Source: Chitinophaga pinensis (lineage in GTDB: Bacteria; Bacteroidota; Bacteroidia; NS11-12g; UBA955). Taken from it: DNA of 64,000 nucleotides. Under the pieces are notes generated by a model, which did not search any database, was not told the DNA's origin, and worked only from the letters and a program-made list of their open reading frames with translations. The translations under genes were made by a program, and so were the position numbers. Positions within the stretch are counted from its first letter, which is position 1. Every line of letters begins with the position of its first letter. The stretch is from assembly GCA_945860565.1 (NCBI GenBank), contig CAMAQS010000004.1, positions 1,594-65,593 on the forward strand, read 5' to 3'. This document shows positions 29,812 through 39,440 of the stretch, in pieces.

Positions 29812-31050
29812 ATGAAAAAAATAGAAGAACGTTTTTGCACCTATGTGCAAATTGATACCCAAAGTGATCCTGAATCTACATCCTTCCCAAGTACAGAAAA
29901 ACAAAAAAATCTAAGCCGTGTTTTGGTGGAAGAGTTGTTGGACTTGGGATTGTCCGATGCTCACATGGACGAATTTGGATATGTATATGCTACACTTAAG
30001 TCCAATGTGGAACAGAAAGTGCCAGTAATTTGTTTTTGTGCCCATGTGGATACATCACCGGATTGCACAGGTGAAAACGTGAAACCCATTATTCATAGAA
30101 ATTATCAAGGTACAGATATTATTTTACCTGATGATACAAACCAAGTTATTAGTCCGAAAGATCATCCGTATTTGTTGGAAAAAATTGGGGAAGACATTGT
30201 AACCGCTTCAGGAACAACCTTATTGGGTGCAGATGACAAAGCCGGTGTAGCGGTAATTATGGATTTTGTACAAACCATGGTTTCAAATCCAGAATATCCA
30301 CATGGAGATATTCGCATATTGTTTACCCCCGACGAGGAAATTGGTCACGGTGTAGATTTTGTAAACATTGAAAAATTGGGTGCGGATTATGGTTATACCT
30401 TAGATGCAGGTGAAAGAGGTTGTTACGAAGACGAAACCTTTAGTGCGGACGGTGCAATAGTTAATTTTTATGGTGTGTCTGCACATCCGGGTTATGCCAA
30501 AGGAAAATTGGTGAATGCTTTAAAAATTGCGGGAGACTTTTTAAGTCGCCTGCCGAGAACAGAATTTTCTCCAGAAACAACAGAAGGAAGAGAAGGCTTT
30601 GTGCATCCAGTGAGTATGGGTGGTTCTGCCGAACACGCCTGGGTGAAATTTATTGTGCGTGATTTTATTACTGCACAGTTAACATCCCACAAAGAAAGAA
30701 TGGAGGCAATTGTTCAGCAAACGGTTGCTGATTATCCTTCTGCTCATTATGACATTCAAGTGCAAGAGCAATACCGAAACATGAAAGATGTGGTTGGTTT
30801 AACACCAGCAATTTCGGCGAATGCTATTAAAGCCATTGAGATGGCAGGCATTGTGCCTCAGTTGAGCAGCGCAAGGGGTGGAACCGATGGGAGCAGATTG
30901 AGTTTTATGGGTTTACCTTGTCCAAACATTTTTACAGGAGAAATGGCTTTCCACGGCAAACACGAATATGTAAGTATTCAAGACATGGAAAAAGCTTCTG
31001 AGGTGTTGGTACACCTATCAAAATTATGGACCGTTAAAGAATCACTCTAA
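29812..31050 (+). CDS. pepT: peptidase T (tripeptide aminopeptidase, M20B)
   Basis: 412 aa. N-terminus ERFCTYVQIDTQSD, and the HVDT...DDKAG...DEE metal ligands. Confidence 0.92.
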   Translation: MKKIEERFCTYVQIDTQSDPESTSFPSTEKQKNLSRVLVEELLDLGLSDAHMDEFGYVYATLKSNVEQKVPVICFCAHVDTSPDCTGENVKPIIHRNYQGTDIILPDDTNQVISPKDHPYLLEKIGEDIVTASGTTLLGADDKAGVAVIMDFVQTMVSNPEYPHGDIRILFTPDEEIGHGVDFVNIEKLGADYGYTLDAGERGCYEDETFSADGAIVNFYGVSAHPGYAKGKLVNALKIAGDFLSRLPRTEFSPETTEGREGFVHPVSMGGSAEHAWVKFIVRDFITAQLTSHKERMEAIVQQTVADYPSAHYDIQVQEQYRNMKDVVGLTPAISANAIKAIEMAGIVPQLSSARGGTDGSRLSFMGLPCPNIFTGEMAFHGKHEYVSIQDMEKASEVLVHLSKLWTVKESL

Positions 31051-31093
31051 CGGTCTACATATATAAAATTTATTTGTTTATTTCGGGGGATGC

Positions 31094-32185
31094 TTATGCG
31101 AGCTGACCAACCACTTTTAAGTGATGTAGGTGAGATCTTACCGCTTTAAACAATGAAGGAATTTCTTGATAAGGAACATTAAAGTCCGCACAAGTACTTT
31201 TCACAATTTCGTTGATTTTTGGATAGTGAACGTGGCTAATTTTAGGGAATAAATGGTGTTCTACTTGAAAGTTTAATCCGCCCAATGCCCATGTTAAAAA
31301 TTTGCTTTTTGTTGAGAAGTTAGAAGTGGTTTTAATTTGGTGGGTAGCCCAATCGTCTTGAACAATGATGGCTTCCAAAGGTTCTTTAGAATCGATTTTG
31401 TCAGTTACAAATGTGATTCCATCTACTACGTGTGCCAATTGGAATACAACGGTAATGGTAATACCAGTGAATACAGCCATACAGGCATATCCGATAAGGG
31501 CAACTTTAAATCCGAAAATCAAACCTGGAAGAAACAAGAATATACCAAGATAAACCAGTTTGCTCAACCAAAATTCAAAGTGTTTCCAAGTGCTGAATTT
31601 AGATTTGAATGGACGGTCAACCACTTTACCGCGGAAGTATTTTTTAAAGTCTTGAATATAAATCCACGACAAATAAGTAATGGTATACAAGGGTAAACCA
31701 TAAATGTGCTGAAAGTTGTGAATCCACAATTTCTTTTTAGATGGATTAACTCTTAAGAAAGGCCAGATATCAATGTCTTCATCGGCACCTTCAATATTGG
31801 TGTAAGAGTGATGAGAAACGTTGTGTTTCTCAGCCCAGAAGAAGGCATTTCCGCCTAATAGGTTAAGGGAGTTTCCCATTAATTTGTTTATCCATGGCTT
31901 GGTAGAATAGCTTCCATGGGCACCATCGTGCATTACGTTGAATCCTATTCCCGCGAACCAAAGTCCAAGGGTAGAATAGATAACATAAATCCAAAAGCTA
32001 TCTGCTGGCACAAGATATAATGCTGCATAATTTACAACCAACAAAGTACTTATGATGATGGTTTTCCAATAAAGTTTCCAGTTACCTGTAGGCTTTATTT
32101 TGTTATCAGTAAAATAATCGTTGATTCTGTTTCTAAGTGTGGTAAAAAACTCTGCGTTTCTACCTTGAAATCTAATTGGTGTCAT
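31094..32185 (-). CDS. membrane fatty acid desaturase (His-box enzyme)
   Basis: Three His boxes: HDGAHG, HNVSHH and QVEHHLFP. 363 aa. Confidence 0.85.
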   Translation of the reverse strand: MTPIRFQGRNAEFFTTLRNRINDYFTDNKIKPTGNWKLYWKTIIISTLLVVNYAALYLVPADSFWIYVIYSTLGLWFAGIGFNVMHDGAHGSYSTKPWINKLMGNSLNLLGGNAFFWAEKHNVSHHSYTNIEGADEDIDIWPFLRVNPSKKKLWIHNFQHIYGLPLYTITYLSWIYIQDFKKYFRGKVVDRPFKSKFSTWKHFEFWLSKLVYLGIFLFLPGLIFGFKVALIGYACMAVFTGITITVVFQLAHVVDGITFVTDKIDSKEPLEAIIVQDDWATHQIKTTSNFSTKSKFLTWALGGLNFQVEHHLFPKISHVHYPKINEIVKSTCADFNVPYQEIPSLFKAVRSHLHHLKVVGQLA

Positions 32186-32374
32186 TCAGTTTTTAAAATA
32201 CAAAAATAGTGTTACTTTCAGCCAATTCAAAGGAATTGGCTATTTACATGTGTTTTTTATAGGATAAGTTTAACAGTTCTGGTTGCGGAACAATATTAAA
32301 ATTGGATATCTTGCTGTTGATAAGTCGAATACATTCAAATGAGTTTTTCTTGTCCTATGGATTTGATATTCATT

Positions 32375-32590
32375 TTATGTGGTTTCTGGTTTGTTTTTAT
32401 TGGTGTTGATTTTTAACGGGAGGTACAAGGGGCAAAAACTCATAAAGCTGGTTGCAACAAATATTAAAGCTATAACCAAAAGAGCAATGGCCCAAGCTCC
32501 TGGGAGTTTTCCCATAAAGTAAAGTGCTACAATAATCAAAGCTACTCCAATGCGGATGGCTTTGTCGATGGTTCCCATATTTTTTGTCAT
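32375..32590 (-). CDS. DUF2892 (YgaP-like) small membrane protein
   Basis: 71 aa with the pattern IDKAIRIG...2 TM...SFCPLY. Confidence 0.65.
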   Translation of the reverse strand: MTKNMGTIDKAIRIGVALIIVALYFMGKLPGAWAIALLVIALIFVATSFMSFCPLYLPLKINTNKNKPETT

Positions 32591-32692
32591 AGTGTTTTCG
32601 TTTTATCAAAAATAGCATTTTTAACGAATAAAACAATGTTTTTGTAGAATAATATCCTTCAAAAATGAACATATTTGTGGTTTGACTTAAAA

Positions 32693-33465
32693 ATGAAATA
32701 TTCAATATTATGCGTGGAATTAACGAGTAGAGAATTTTGGTTTGGATATGGGCGGAATAAATCCGATAAATTTAAATTAACCATCCAATCGGAGTATTTA
32801 TTTGCCCTTTATTTCGCAAAAAGATTGAAAAAATGAAACCCAAGAATGCGGTTGAATTGGCTGGATTTCCTGGTACTTTTTTCATTCATTTAAAAAAGTA
32901 TTTTCAGTTGCCAACCACCTTGGTAGATTATTTTATTGATGATGAATTGTTGCGTCAGTTTATGGAGGCAAATGATTTAAAATCGGATGAATTAACTTGG
33001 AAAGAAGCGGATATCTTGACAGAAGGATTGTCATAAGATACCTATGATTTTGTTTTTTCCATTGGCTTAATTGAACACTTTGAAGATACCACTAAAATCT
33101 TGAAGTCTCACGTTAAATATGTGCGCAAGGGTGGTTCATTGCTCATTGTATTGCCTAATTTTAGGGGTATAAATGGTTGGTTTCAACGAAATTTCGACAT
33201 TGAAAATTACAATAAACATTAAATTCAGTGTATGGATCCCAATTTATTGAAACATGAAATAAAGAATTTGGGATGTACAAACATTGAAGCTGGATATTTT
33301 GCCAAATTTTCTATTTCGTTGGAAAACTACAATACTCAACCGGTCTGGGTTAAAGCATTGTTTAAAGCTACATGGACAATGGGTAAAATTATCAGTAAAA
33401 TCTTACCCATTGATTCCAAACTATTTTCACCGTACATTCAGATTCGGGCTCAAGTGGCCAACTAA
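32693..33465 (+). pseudogene. decayed class I SAM-dependent methyltransferase
   Basis: One reading frame (32833-33465) carries ELAGFPG (motif I-like) and YDFVFSIGLIEHFED...GGSLLIVLPN. It is broken by in-frame TAA codons at 33034 and 33220. A possible N-terminal piece (32693-32836) is in another frame, with the shift at an A6 run. Confidence 0.55.
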
Positions 33466-33474
33466 AATGGTCTA

Positions 33475-36279
33475 TTAACGCGGCAGCTGTTTTTCTTTTT
33501 CCCTTTGTGCTTGTTCTAAAATAAGGTTCATCTGCATTTGGGCTTGTTGTTCCAACTGATTGGCTTTTTCTTGTCCTTTCGTCTCGGTTTCTTGAGCTTG
33601 GTTTGCTGATTTGGATCTAAATTCATCGGCTTTTTTCTGAGCCGATTGTTTTAATTTTTCACCGGCTTTTTTGGCGGCTATTTTTTCCAAAGGATTGGAA
33701 GCTTTGGCCATCAACTGGTCAATTTCTGCATTTGATCTTTTTACCGCTTCATCGGCCAGTTTTTCACCTTCTGCACGCTGTTTTTCAGCCAATTTTCTAC
33801 TTTCAGAGCGAATTAAATCGGCTTTTTCCTTGGCTTCTTTCATGATATTTTCACCTTGATCATGGGCTTTTTTCATGGCGTCATCGGCCATTTTGTTGGC
33901 TTGTTGTGTGGCTTTGTTTTTGGCATCATCCACATAACCCTTAACCATTTCTTTACCTAAGGCTTTCCAATCAATTTTTAACACGGGTTTATTTACTGTT
34001 CCTGTAATTCTCAATGGTACTGTTTTGCCTTCAGCCGTTAACTTTCCGCCAAAATCAATGCTTTGATCCAATGCTACATTTCCTTTTAATCTCATGGTAC
34101 CACCTTTGGGCAATTTTACTTTTATGGAGTCTTTGAGATTTAATTTCCCGTCCGTAATGTTAAATCCCAATTTTGTGGGTTCAAGTTTCAATTTTTCGGC
34201 ACCCCAATTAAAGCGGTTAAAGACTTCGTTCATCCATTTTGGTGCATTCATTTGTCCTTTTACAATATCTAAAACTCCATCTGCAGCCAATGATTTCAAA
34301 TTCGGAGATAAGTCGTTTTGCAACTGGCTATTCATTCCGAATTTAAGATTTAACAATCCTTCAACTTCTTTCAATATGGGCGCATATTGATTTACCATTG
34401 AAATATTTGAAGCGATGTTTGCGGGCACCAAATTGCCTAAGCTAACTCCAGCCTTTACCGATGGATTTCCACCTTGTGCATAAGCGTATTCTGTTTGATT
34501 TAGTTCAAATTGGCTTCCCCACAATGAAGCTTTTATAGGATTAATGCTTAAAATTCCTTTTTTGAGGTTTATGTTGGCAATGCAATTTTCAAGGTGATAC
34601 GATTCAAAATCTATGCTTTTGGCATTTGCCTTGAATTCGATGTCTAAATTTTCAGGCATCATTGGGGCTTCCATGGCGCTGGTGTCGGCAGCTGCAGGAG
34701 TGGCTGATGGATTTTCAGCAGGCATCCATTCGTTCAAATCAATAGATTCACTGTTTACTGCCATTTTACCAACCAATGTTTCATCGTGAAATACATAACC
34801 CATTAAATTCTTTAATTCCCCAGTCATATTTAAACTGGATTTGCCATAGGCCATATCTAGTTTGTTCAAGCTAAATGTTGCGGGGTTTGCCTTTAATTGC
34901 ATGTCACGAATGTTTAACGGCAATAAATCGGGTGCTTTAAACAATAAATTAGATATGTTTAATTCACCTGAAGCTTTTAGGTCATTTATTTTCTGATCTA
35001 CCACTTGAGAATAGTGACCATCAAAAGTAAGGTTAGAGGTAATTTTACCTTTAAGATTGGTGCCTTTATCCAATGGCATAAACGAAGTCCATTTCTCCAA
35101 ATTCAAGGTTGCATTCACAAATCCTCTGGCATATGGATTGGAAACTGGTGATTTAAGATACAACTTTGCATTCATTGGGTCGCCACCTAAATTCATATCA
35201 AAGCGACTCAAATCCACCGTTGTGTTATCTGGATTGCCATCCGCATTCACCAATTTAAAATCGACGTTTATATTGTTAACCGAGGTTGGTAAACCAGGGT
35301 ATTGAAAAGATGCATTGTTTACATTCATCGATAAATTGGTTGTTGGCATACGAACATCGTCCATTATACCTTTAAACGCCATGGCAAATCCCATTTTACC
35401 AGTTGCTTTAACTTGGTCAAAATCTTTGGTGTAACAACCGGGTACAATAGATAGTAAAGATTTAAATTCGGAAGTTGGCACTTCCATATTTACGTCCATA
35501 TCCATATTTTTTTCATTCATTTGCAACCATCCTTTCACCAAAAGAGGGAATTCATTGAGTTTAACGTCTATGCCGTCAAACCCAAAACGGAAGGTTTTTA
35601 AATCCATGTTTATAGCACTTTTAGAGACTAATTTGGTGTTAGATAAAAGAGTCATTCCATCAAACGACATACTAAATTTCTCGGCATCAAGGGTATTGTC
35701 GAGTGTAAATACTTCTTCTGTAAAATCACCAGAAGCTTGAAAATTCATTTTGAGCAACGACATTGCAAAAGCCATGCTTGCATCATTGTAGGTTATATCG
35801 CCATTTTCTATTTCTATGTCATTTAAATTAATGGCAATTGGCGGCGAGGTGGTTGTGTCAATGGTTTGGGTTGTATCGGCTTTGGCAATGTCGAAATTGG
35901 CCTTGCCACTTTTCAAGAAAATAACGTTGATTTTTGGTTCGTTCATGTAAATTTTACGAAGACCGATTGGTTTGTTTTCCCCCAAAACACTATTAATGTC
36001 AATGGTTAAACGCAATTCCTTTGCATTGAACAAAGTATCCCTGCTAAAAGAATCCACACCTACAATTTTGAGGTTGTTAATGCCCACAGAAATATTTGGG
36101 AAGTTTTGAATTAAACTAATAGAAATATCATCATCGAAGGTGATTTTGGCGTTCACAGAAGATGAGGCACCTTCTTTTGCCATTTTTAAGATTTTACCTT
36201 TAAAAGCAAACGGCAATATCAATAAAATAATAAACAACACCGCCAATGTTGCGGCAATACGAATAATCCACTTTTTCAT
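33475..36279 (-). CDS. AsmA-family outer-membrane biogenesis protein with a charged coiled-coil tail
   Basis: 934 aa with an N-terminal TM anchor, a long beta-rich body and a C-terminal K/E/A/Q-rich region of about 150 aa. Confidence 0.7.
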   Translation of the reverse strand: MKKWIIRIAATLAVLFIILLILPFAFKGKILKMAKEGASSSVNAKITFDDDISISLIQNFPNISVGINNLKIVGVDSFSRDTLFNAKELRLTIDINSVLGENKPIGLRKIYMNEPKINVIFLKSGKANFDIAKADTTQTIDTTTSPPIAINLNDIEIENGDITYNDASMAFAMSLLKMNFQASGDFTEEVFTLDNTLDAEKFSMSFDGMTLLSNTKLVSKSAINMDLKTFRFGFDGIDVKLNEFPLLVKGWLQMNEKNMDMDVNMEVPTSEFKSLLSIVPGCYTKDFDQVKATGKMGFAMAFKGIMDDVRMPTTNLSMNVNNASFQYPGLPTSVNNINVDFKLVNADGNPDNTTVDLSRFDMNLGGDPMNAKLYLKSPVSNPYARGFVNATLNLEKWTSFMPLDKGTNLKGKITSNLTFDGHYSQVVDQKINDLKASGELNISNLLFKAPDLLPLNIRDMQLKANPATFSLNKLDMAYGKSSLNMTGELKNLMGYVFHDETLVGKMAVNSESIDLNEWMPAENPSATPAAADTSAMEAPMMPENLDIEFKANAKSIDFESYHLENCIANINLKKGILSINPIKASLWGSQFELNQTEYAYAQGGNPSVKAGVSLGNLVPANIASNISMVNQYAPILKEVEGLLNLKFGMNSQLQNDLSPNLKSLAADGVLDIVKGQMNAPKWMNEVFNRFNWGAEKLKLEPTKLGFNITDGKLNLKDSIKVKLPKGGTMRLKGNVALDQSIDFGGKLTAEGKTVPLRITGTVNKPVLKIDWKALGKEMVKGYVDDAKNKATQQANKMADDAMKKAHDQGENIMKEAKEKADLIRSESRKLAEKQRAEGEKLADEAVKRSNAEIDQLMAKASNPLEKIAAKKAGEKLKQSAQKKADEFRSKSANQAQETETKGQEKANQLEQQAQMQMNLILEQAQREKEKQLPR

Positions 36280-36500
36280 AGTTATAATTCAAAGTTAATC
36301 ATACTTTAAGAACAAAATCAAAAATCTTTATATTTTAACATTCAAAATGGACCATTTCGTCGATAAAAGGGTCGCATATTTTGGGTGTTATTTTGGGGGA
36401 TGTTTCATTGTGTTGAATAATTTAATAGACAGACCATGAAAAGTAGATTGGATGAAGCCAATATTAGGTGGATTTAACTAACTTCGTTTCAAATAAATTT

Positions 36501-36935
36501 ATGACTACAGGACTAACACATTTGCATTCTTTGTTGCGATGGGTAATTTTAGTATTACTCATTTGGTCGTTAATCAATGCTTTTATGCAGAAAAACGGCA
36601 AGGAAACACGTATTTTAACCATCACTTCACATGTGATGTTGCTCATTGGTATTTTACAATGGTTTATGGGTGCTTGGGGATTAAAATTAATTCAATCTAT
36701 TGGCATGGGTGAAGTGATGAAAACAGCGGCTCCACGATTTTTTGCCATTGAACATACCTTTACCATGATTATTGCCATTGCTTTAATTACAGTGGGTGGA
36801 GTTATGGTGAAAAAATCAAATCCAAAAGCAAAATGGATGTATTTATTGGCTTTAATTTTAATAATAGCAAGAATACCTTGGCCATTTTTAGGTGAAGGCA
36901 TAGCAAGAGGTTGGTTCCCTGGCATGGGAGTTTAA
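36501..36935 (+). CDS. integral membrane protein, unknown function
   Basis: About 144 aa with 4 TM segments. The start is taken as ATG 36501. Confidence 0.5.
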   Translation: MTTGLTHLHSLLRWVILVLLIWSLINAFMQKNGKETRILTITSHVMLLIGILQWFMGAWGLKLIQSIGMGEVMKTAAPRFFAIEHTFTMIIAIALITVGGVMVKKSNPKAKWMYLLALILIIARIPWPFLGEGIARGWFPGMGV

Positions 36936-37019
36936 CTCAACCAAGAATTTTATATAACCATCGAATAGGCGTCATTTGACGCCTATTTTTTTGCTAATTT
37001 TGTGAAAAATACATTGAAT

Positions 37020-38447
37020 ATGGAAAAGAAACAGTGGATTATCTTTGGTTTGTTCTCCGCTTTTTGCGGTTTTATTGGCGCTTGGTCTTTCCAATTTGTA
37101 GGTCATGTTACATCGCCTACAATTCAGGTCGCCTCAGATGGGATGCCAACGCGTACCGCCTCCAATGGAATGGAATTGGCCAGTTTTGAAACTGCCAGTG
37201 AAGTTTCTACACAGACGGTTGTATTCATTAAAACAGTTTCAACAGTGAATTACGAATCTCCCATGGGTTGGTTTTGGGATTTTGATCCATTTGGTAGTCG
37301 AGGACAAGCTACAAGCACAGGAAGTGGTGTGATTGTAAATAGTGATGGTTACATCATTACCAACAACCATGTTATTCAAGGGGCCGATAAAATTACGGTC
37401 GTTTTGAATAAAGGAAAAAAAGAATATGTGGCTAAGGTAGTAGGAGCTGATCCAGGTTCAGATTTGGCATTAATTAAAATTGAAGAAAAAGGTTTACCGG
37501 CCATTGTATTTGCGAACTCCGACAATGTAAATGTAGGGGAGTGGGTTTTGGCCGTAGGCAATCCGTTTAATTTGAATTCTACCGTTACGGCAGGTATTGT
37601 AAGTGCCAAAGGCAGAAACATTAATATAGTTAAAAATCAGTTTCCAATTGAGAGCTTTATTCAAACGGATGCTGCCATCAATCCAGGAAATTCTGGAGGT
37701 GCTTTGGTTAATTTAAAGGGCCAATTGGTCGGCATAAATACAGCAATTCAGTCGAATACCGGAAGTTATACCGGTTATGGTTTTGCCATACCCAGCAACA
37801 TTGTTCAAAAGATTGTAAAAGACTTTATTGAAAAGGGAGAAGTATTGCGTGCCTTTACTGGTTTTGAAGTGAACGATATCACATCCCAGGAAATGGAAAG
37901 TTTAGGACTCCAAAAAGAAGGATTGAAAATCAAGAATATTATTGATGACAGTCCAGCGCAAAAAGCCGGTCTCAAAAACAATGACATTATCATTAAAATA
38001 GGAGATTTGATCGTTGATGGTCGTTCTAGTTTCGATGAATACATGGCCTACCAAAGACCGGGAAATACGCTCAGTTTGGAAGTGCTTAGAGATGGAAAAA
38101 AGGAAACAACCAAGTTAACTCTTATGGACAAAAATGTGCACCACGATTTGGTAATGCGCGGAGTGGTGCACAGTAAATATTTGGGTGCCGACTTTCAAGC
38201 GTTGAATGCACAAGACTGTGAACGGTATAAGGTGAAGTCTGGAATTCGGATTTTAAATGTGCAAAGGGGCGGAACCGTTTCTCAAATGTCGTTGCCACCG
38301 GGTTTTATCGTCTTGCAGTTTAATGGTAAAACAGTCAGTGAAGCGGAAGATTTAATAGCGGCAATGGAAGGCAGTCAAGGACGATTAGAAATAAAAGGAA
38401 TAGATCCAGCTGGCAATGCCCGCAGTTATTCTTTTTTCAGATATTAA
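37020..38447 (+). CDS. HtrA/DegP-type S1C serine protease with PDZ domains
   Basis: TNNHV (His), D...ALIK (Asp) and GNSGGALVN (Ser) motifs, followed by PDZ-like regions. The ORF track start at 37002 is GTG; an ATG lies at 37020. Confidence 0.85.
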   Translation: MEKKQWIIFGLFSAFCGFIGAWSFQFVGHVTSPTIQVASDGMPTRTASNGMELASFETASEVSTQTVVFIKTVSTVNYESPMGWFWDFDPFGSRGQATSTGSGVIVNSDGYIITNNHVIQGADKITVVLNKGKKEYVAKVVGADPGSDLALIKIEEKGLPAIVFANSDNVNVGEWVLAVGNPFNLNSTVTAGIVSAKGRNINIVKNQFPIESFIQTDAAINPGNSGGALVNLKGQLVGINTAIQSNTGSYTGYGFAIPSNIVQKIVKDFIEKGEVLRAFTGFEVNDITSQEMESLGLQKEGLKIKNIIDDSPAQKAGLKNNDIIIKIGDLIVDGRSSFDEYMAYQRPGNTLSLEVLRDGKKETTKLTLMDKNVHHDLVMRGVVHSKYLGADFQALNAQDCERYKVKSGIRILNVQRGGTVSQMSLPPGFIVLQFNGKTVSEAEDLIAAMEGSQGRLEIKGIDPAGNARSYSFFRY

Positions 38448-38484
38448 ACCGTCAATAAGTCGCGGTTTTATCTAAATTTGTTCC

Positions 38485-39297
38485 ATGATTCCTCAGATTT
38501 CTAAAATTCATTACCCGTCGAGTGACCTGTTTTTTCTTTTCGCTGGTCCTTGTGCCATAGAAGGCAGAGACATGGCTTTCGAAATTGCCGAAAAACTGGT
38601 TGGTATTTCCGAAAAACATCAAATACCGTTGGTTTTTAAAGGGTCTTACAGAAAAGCAAATCGCTCTAGGCTGGATTCGTTTACTGGTATAGGAGATGAA
38701 AAAGCATTGCGAATTTTGCAAGAGGTAGGAGAAACATTTGGAATTCCCACGGTAACTGACATCCATGAATCCCATGAGGCAGAAATGGCGGCAGCCTATG
38801 TTGATGTTTTGCAAATTCCGGCATTCCTGTTCAGACAAACTGAATTATTGGTGGCTGCAGCCAATACCGGTAAGTGGGTGAACATAAAAAAGGGGCAGTT
38901 TGCAGGTCCCGATGCCATGAATCATGCCATGCAGAAATGCATCGATTCAGGAAACAACAAAGTAATTCTAACAGATAGAGGAAACAGCTTCGGTTATACC
39001 GATTTGGTGGTGGACTACAGAAATATACCATTGATGAAAAATTCAGGAGCACCTGTGGTAATGGACATTACTCATAGTTTACAGCAACCAAACCAATCTA
39101 GTGGTGTTACTGGTGGCCAACCCTCAATGATTGAAACAATCTCTAAGGCCGCCATTGCAGTTGGAGCAGATGGTTTGTTTGTGGAAACACATCCAAATCC
39201 ATCTCAAGCAAAAAGCGATGGTGCAAATATGTTGGCATTGGATCAGTTGGATTCTTTAATTGAAAAATTGATTCGGATTCGTAGAGCCATAATCTAA
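38485..39297 (+). CDS. kdsA: 3-deoxy-8-phosphooctulonate synthase
   Basis: 270 aa with FKGSYRKANRS and QIPAFL motifs. Confidence 0.93.
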   Translation: MIPQISKIHYPSSDLFFLFAGPCAIEGRDMAFEIAEKLVGISEKHQIPLVFKGSYRKANRSRLDSFTGIGDEKALRILQEVGETFGIPTVTDIHESHEAEMAAAYVDVLQIPAFLFRQTELLVAAANTGKWVNIKKGQFAGPDAMNHAMQKCIDSGNNKVILTDRGNSFGYTDLVVDYRNIPLMKNSGAPVVMDITHSLQQPNQSSGVTGGQPSMIETISKAAIAVGADGLFVETHPNPSQAKSDGANMLALDQLDSLIEKLIRIRRAII

Positions 39298-39384
39298 TTT
39301 TTAATGTTTGGGGACAAAGAGATTTAATATAGGTATAGATTTCAGCCCAGGTCTTTGAACCATTTTAATTTATTGTTCAAAAAA

Positions 39385-39418
39385 ATAGCCGCTCTAGAAA
39401 TTATCCTAGGGCGGCTAT
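39385..39418. terminator. 13-bp-stem hairpin between convergent kdsA and the OmpA-family gene
   Basis: atagccgctctag / ctagggcggctat with 1 mismatch, flanked by an A7 run upstream and T-rich sequence downstream. Confidence 0.5.
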
Positions 39419-39440
39419 TTAATTTATTATTTATACGTTC

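Noticed and set aside
31337-31696. 119-aa plus-strand ORF; also the 46135-46476 minus-strand ORF
   Set aside because: They are antisense to the desaturase and bestrophin genes respectively, both of which carry clear family motifs.
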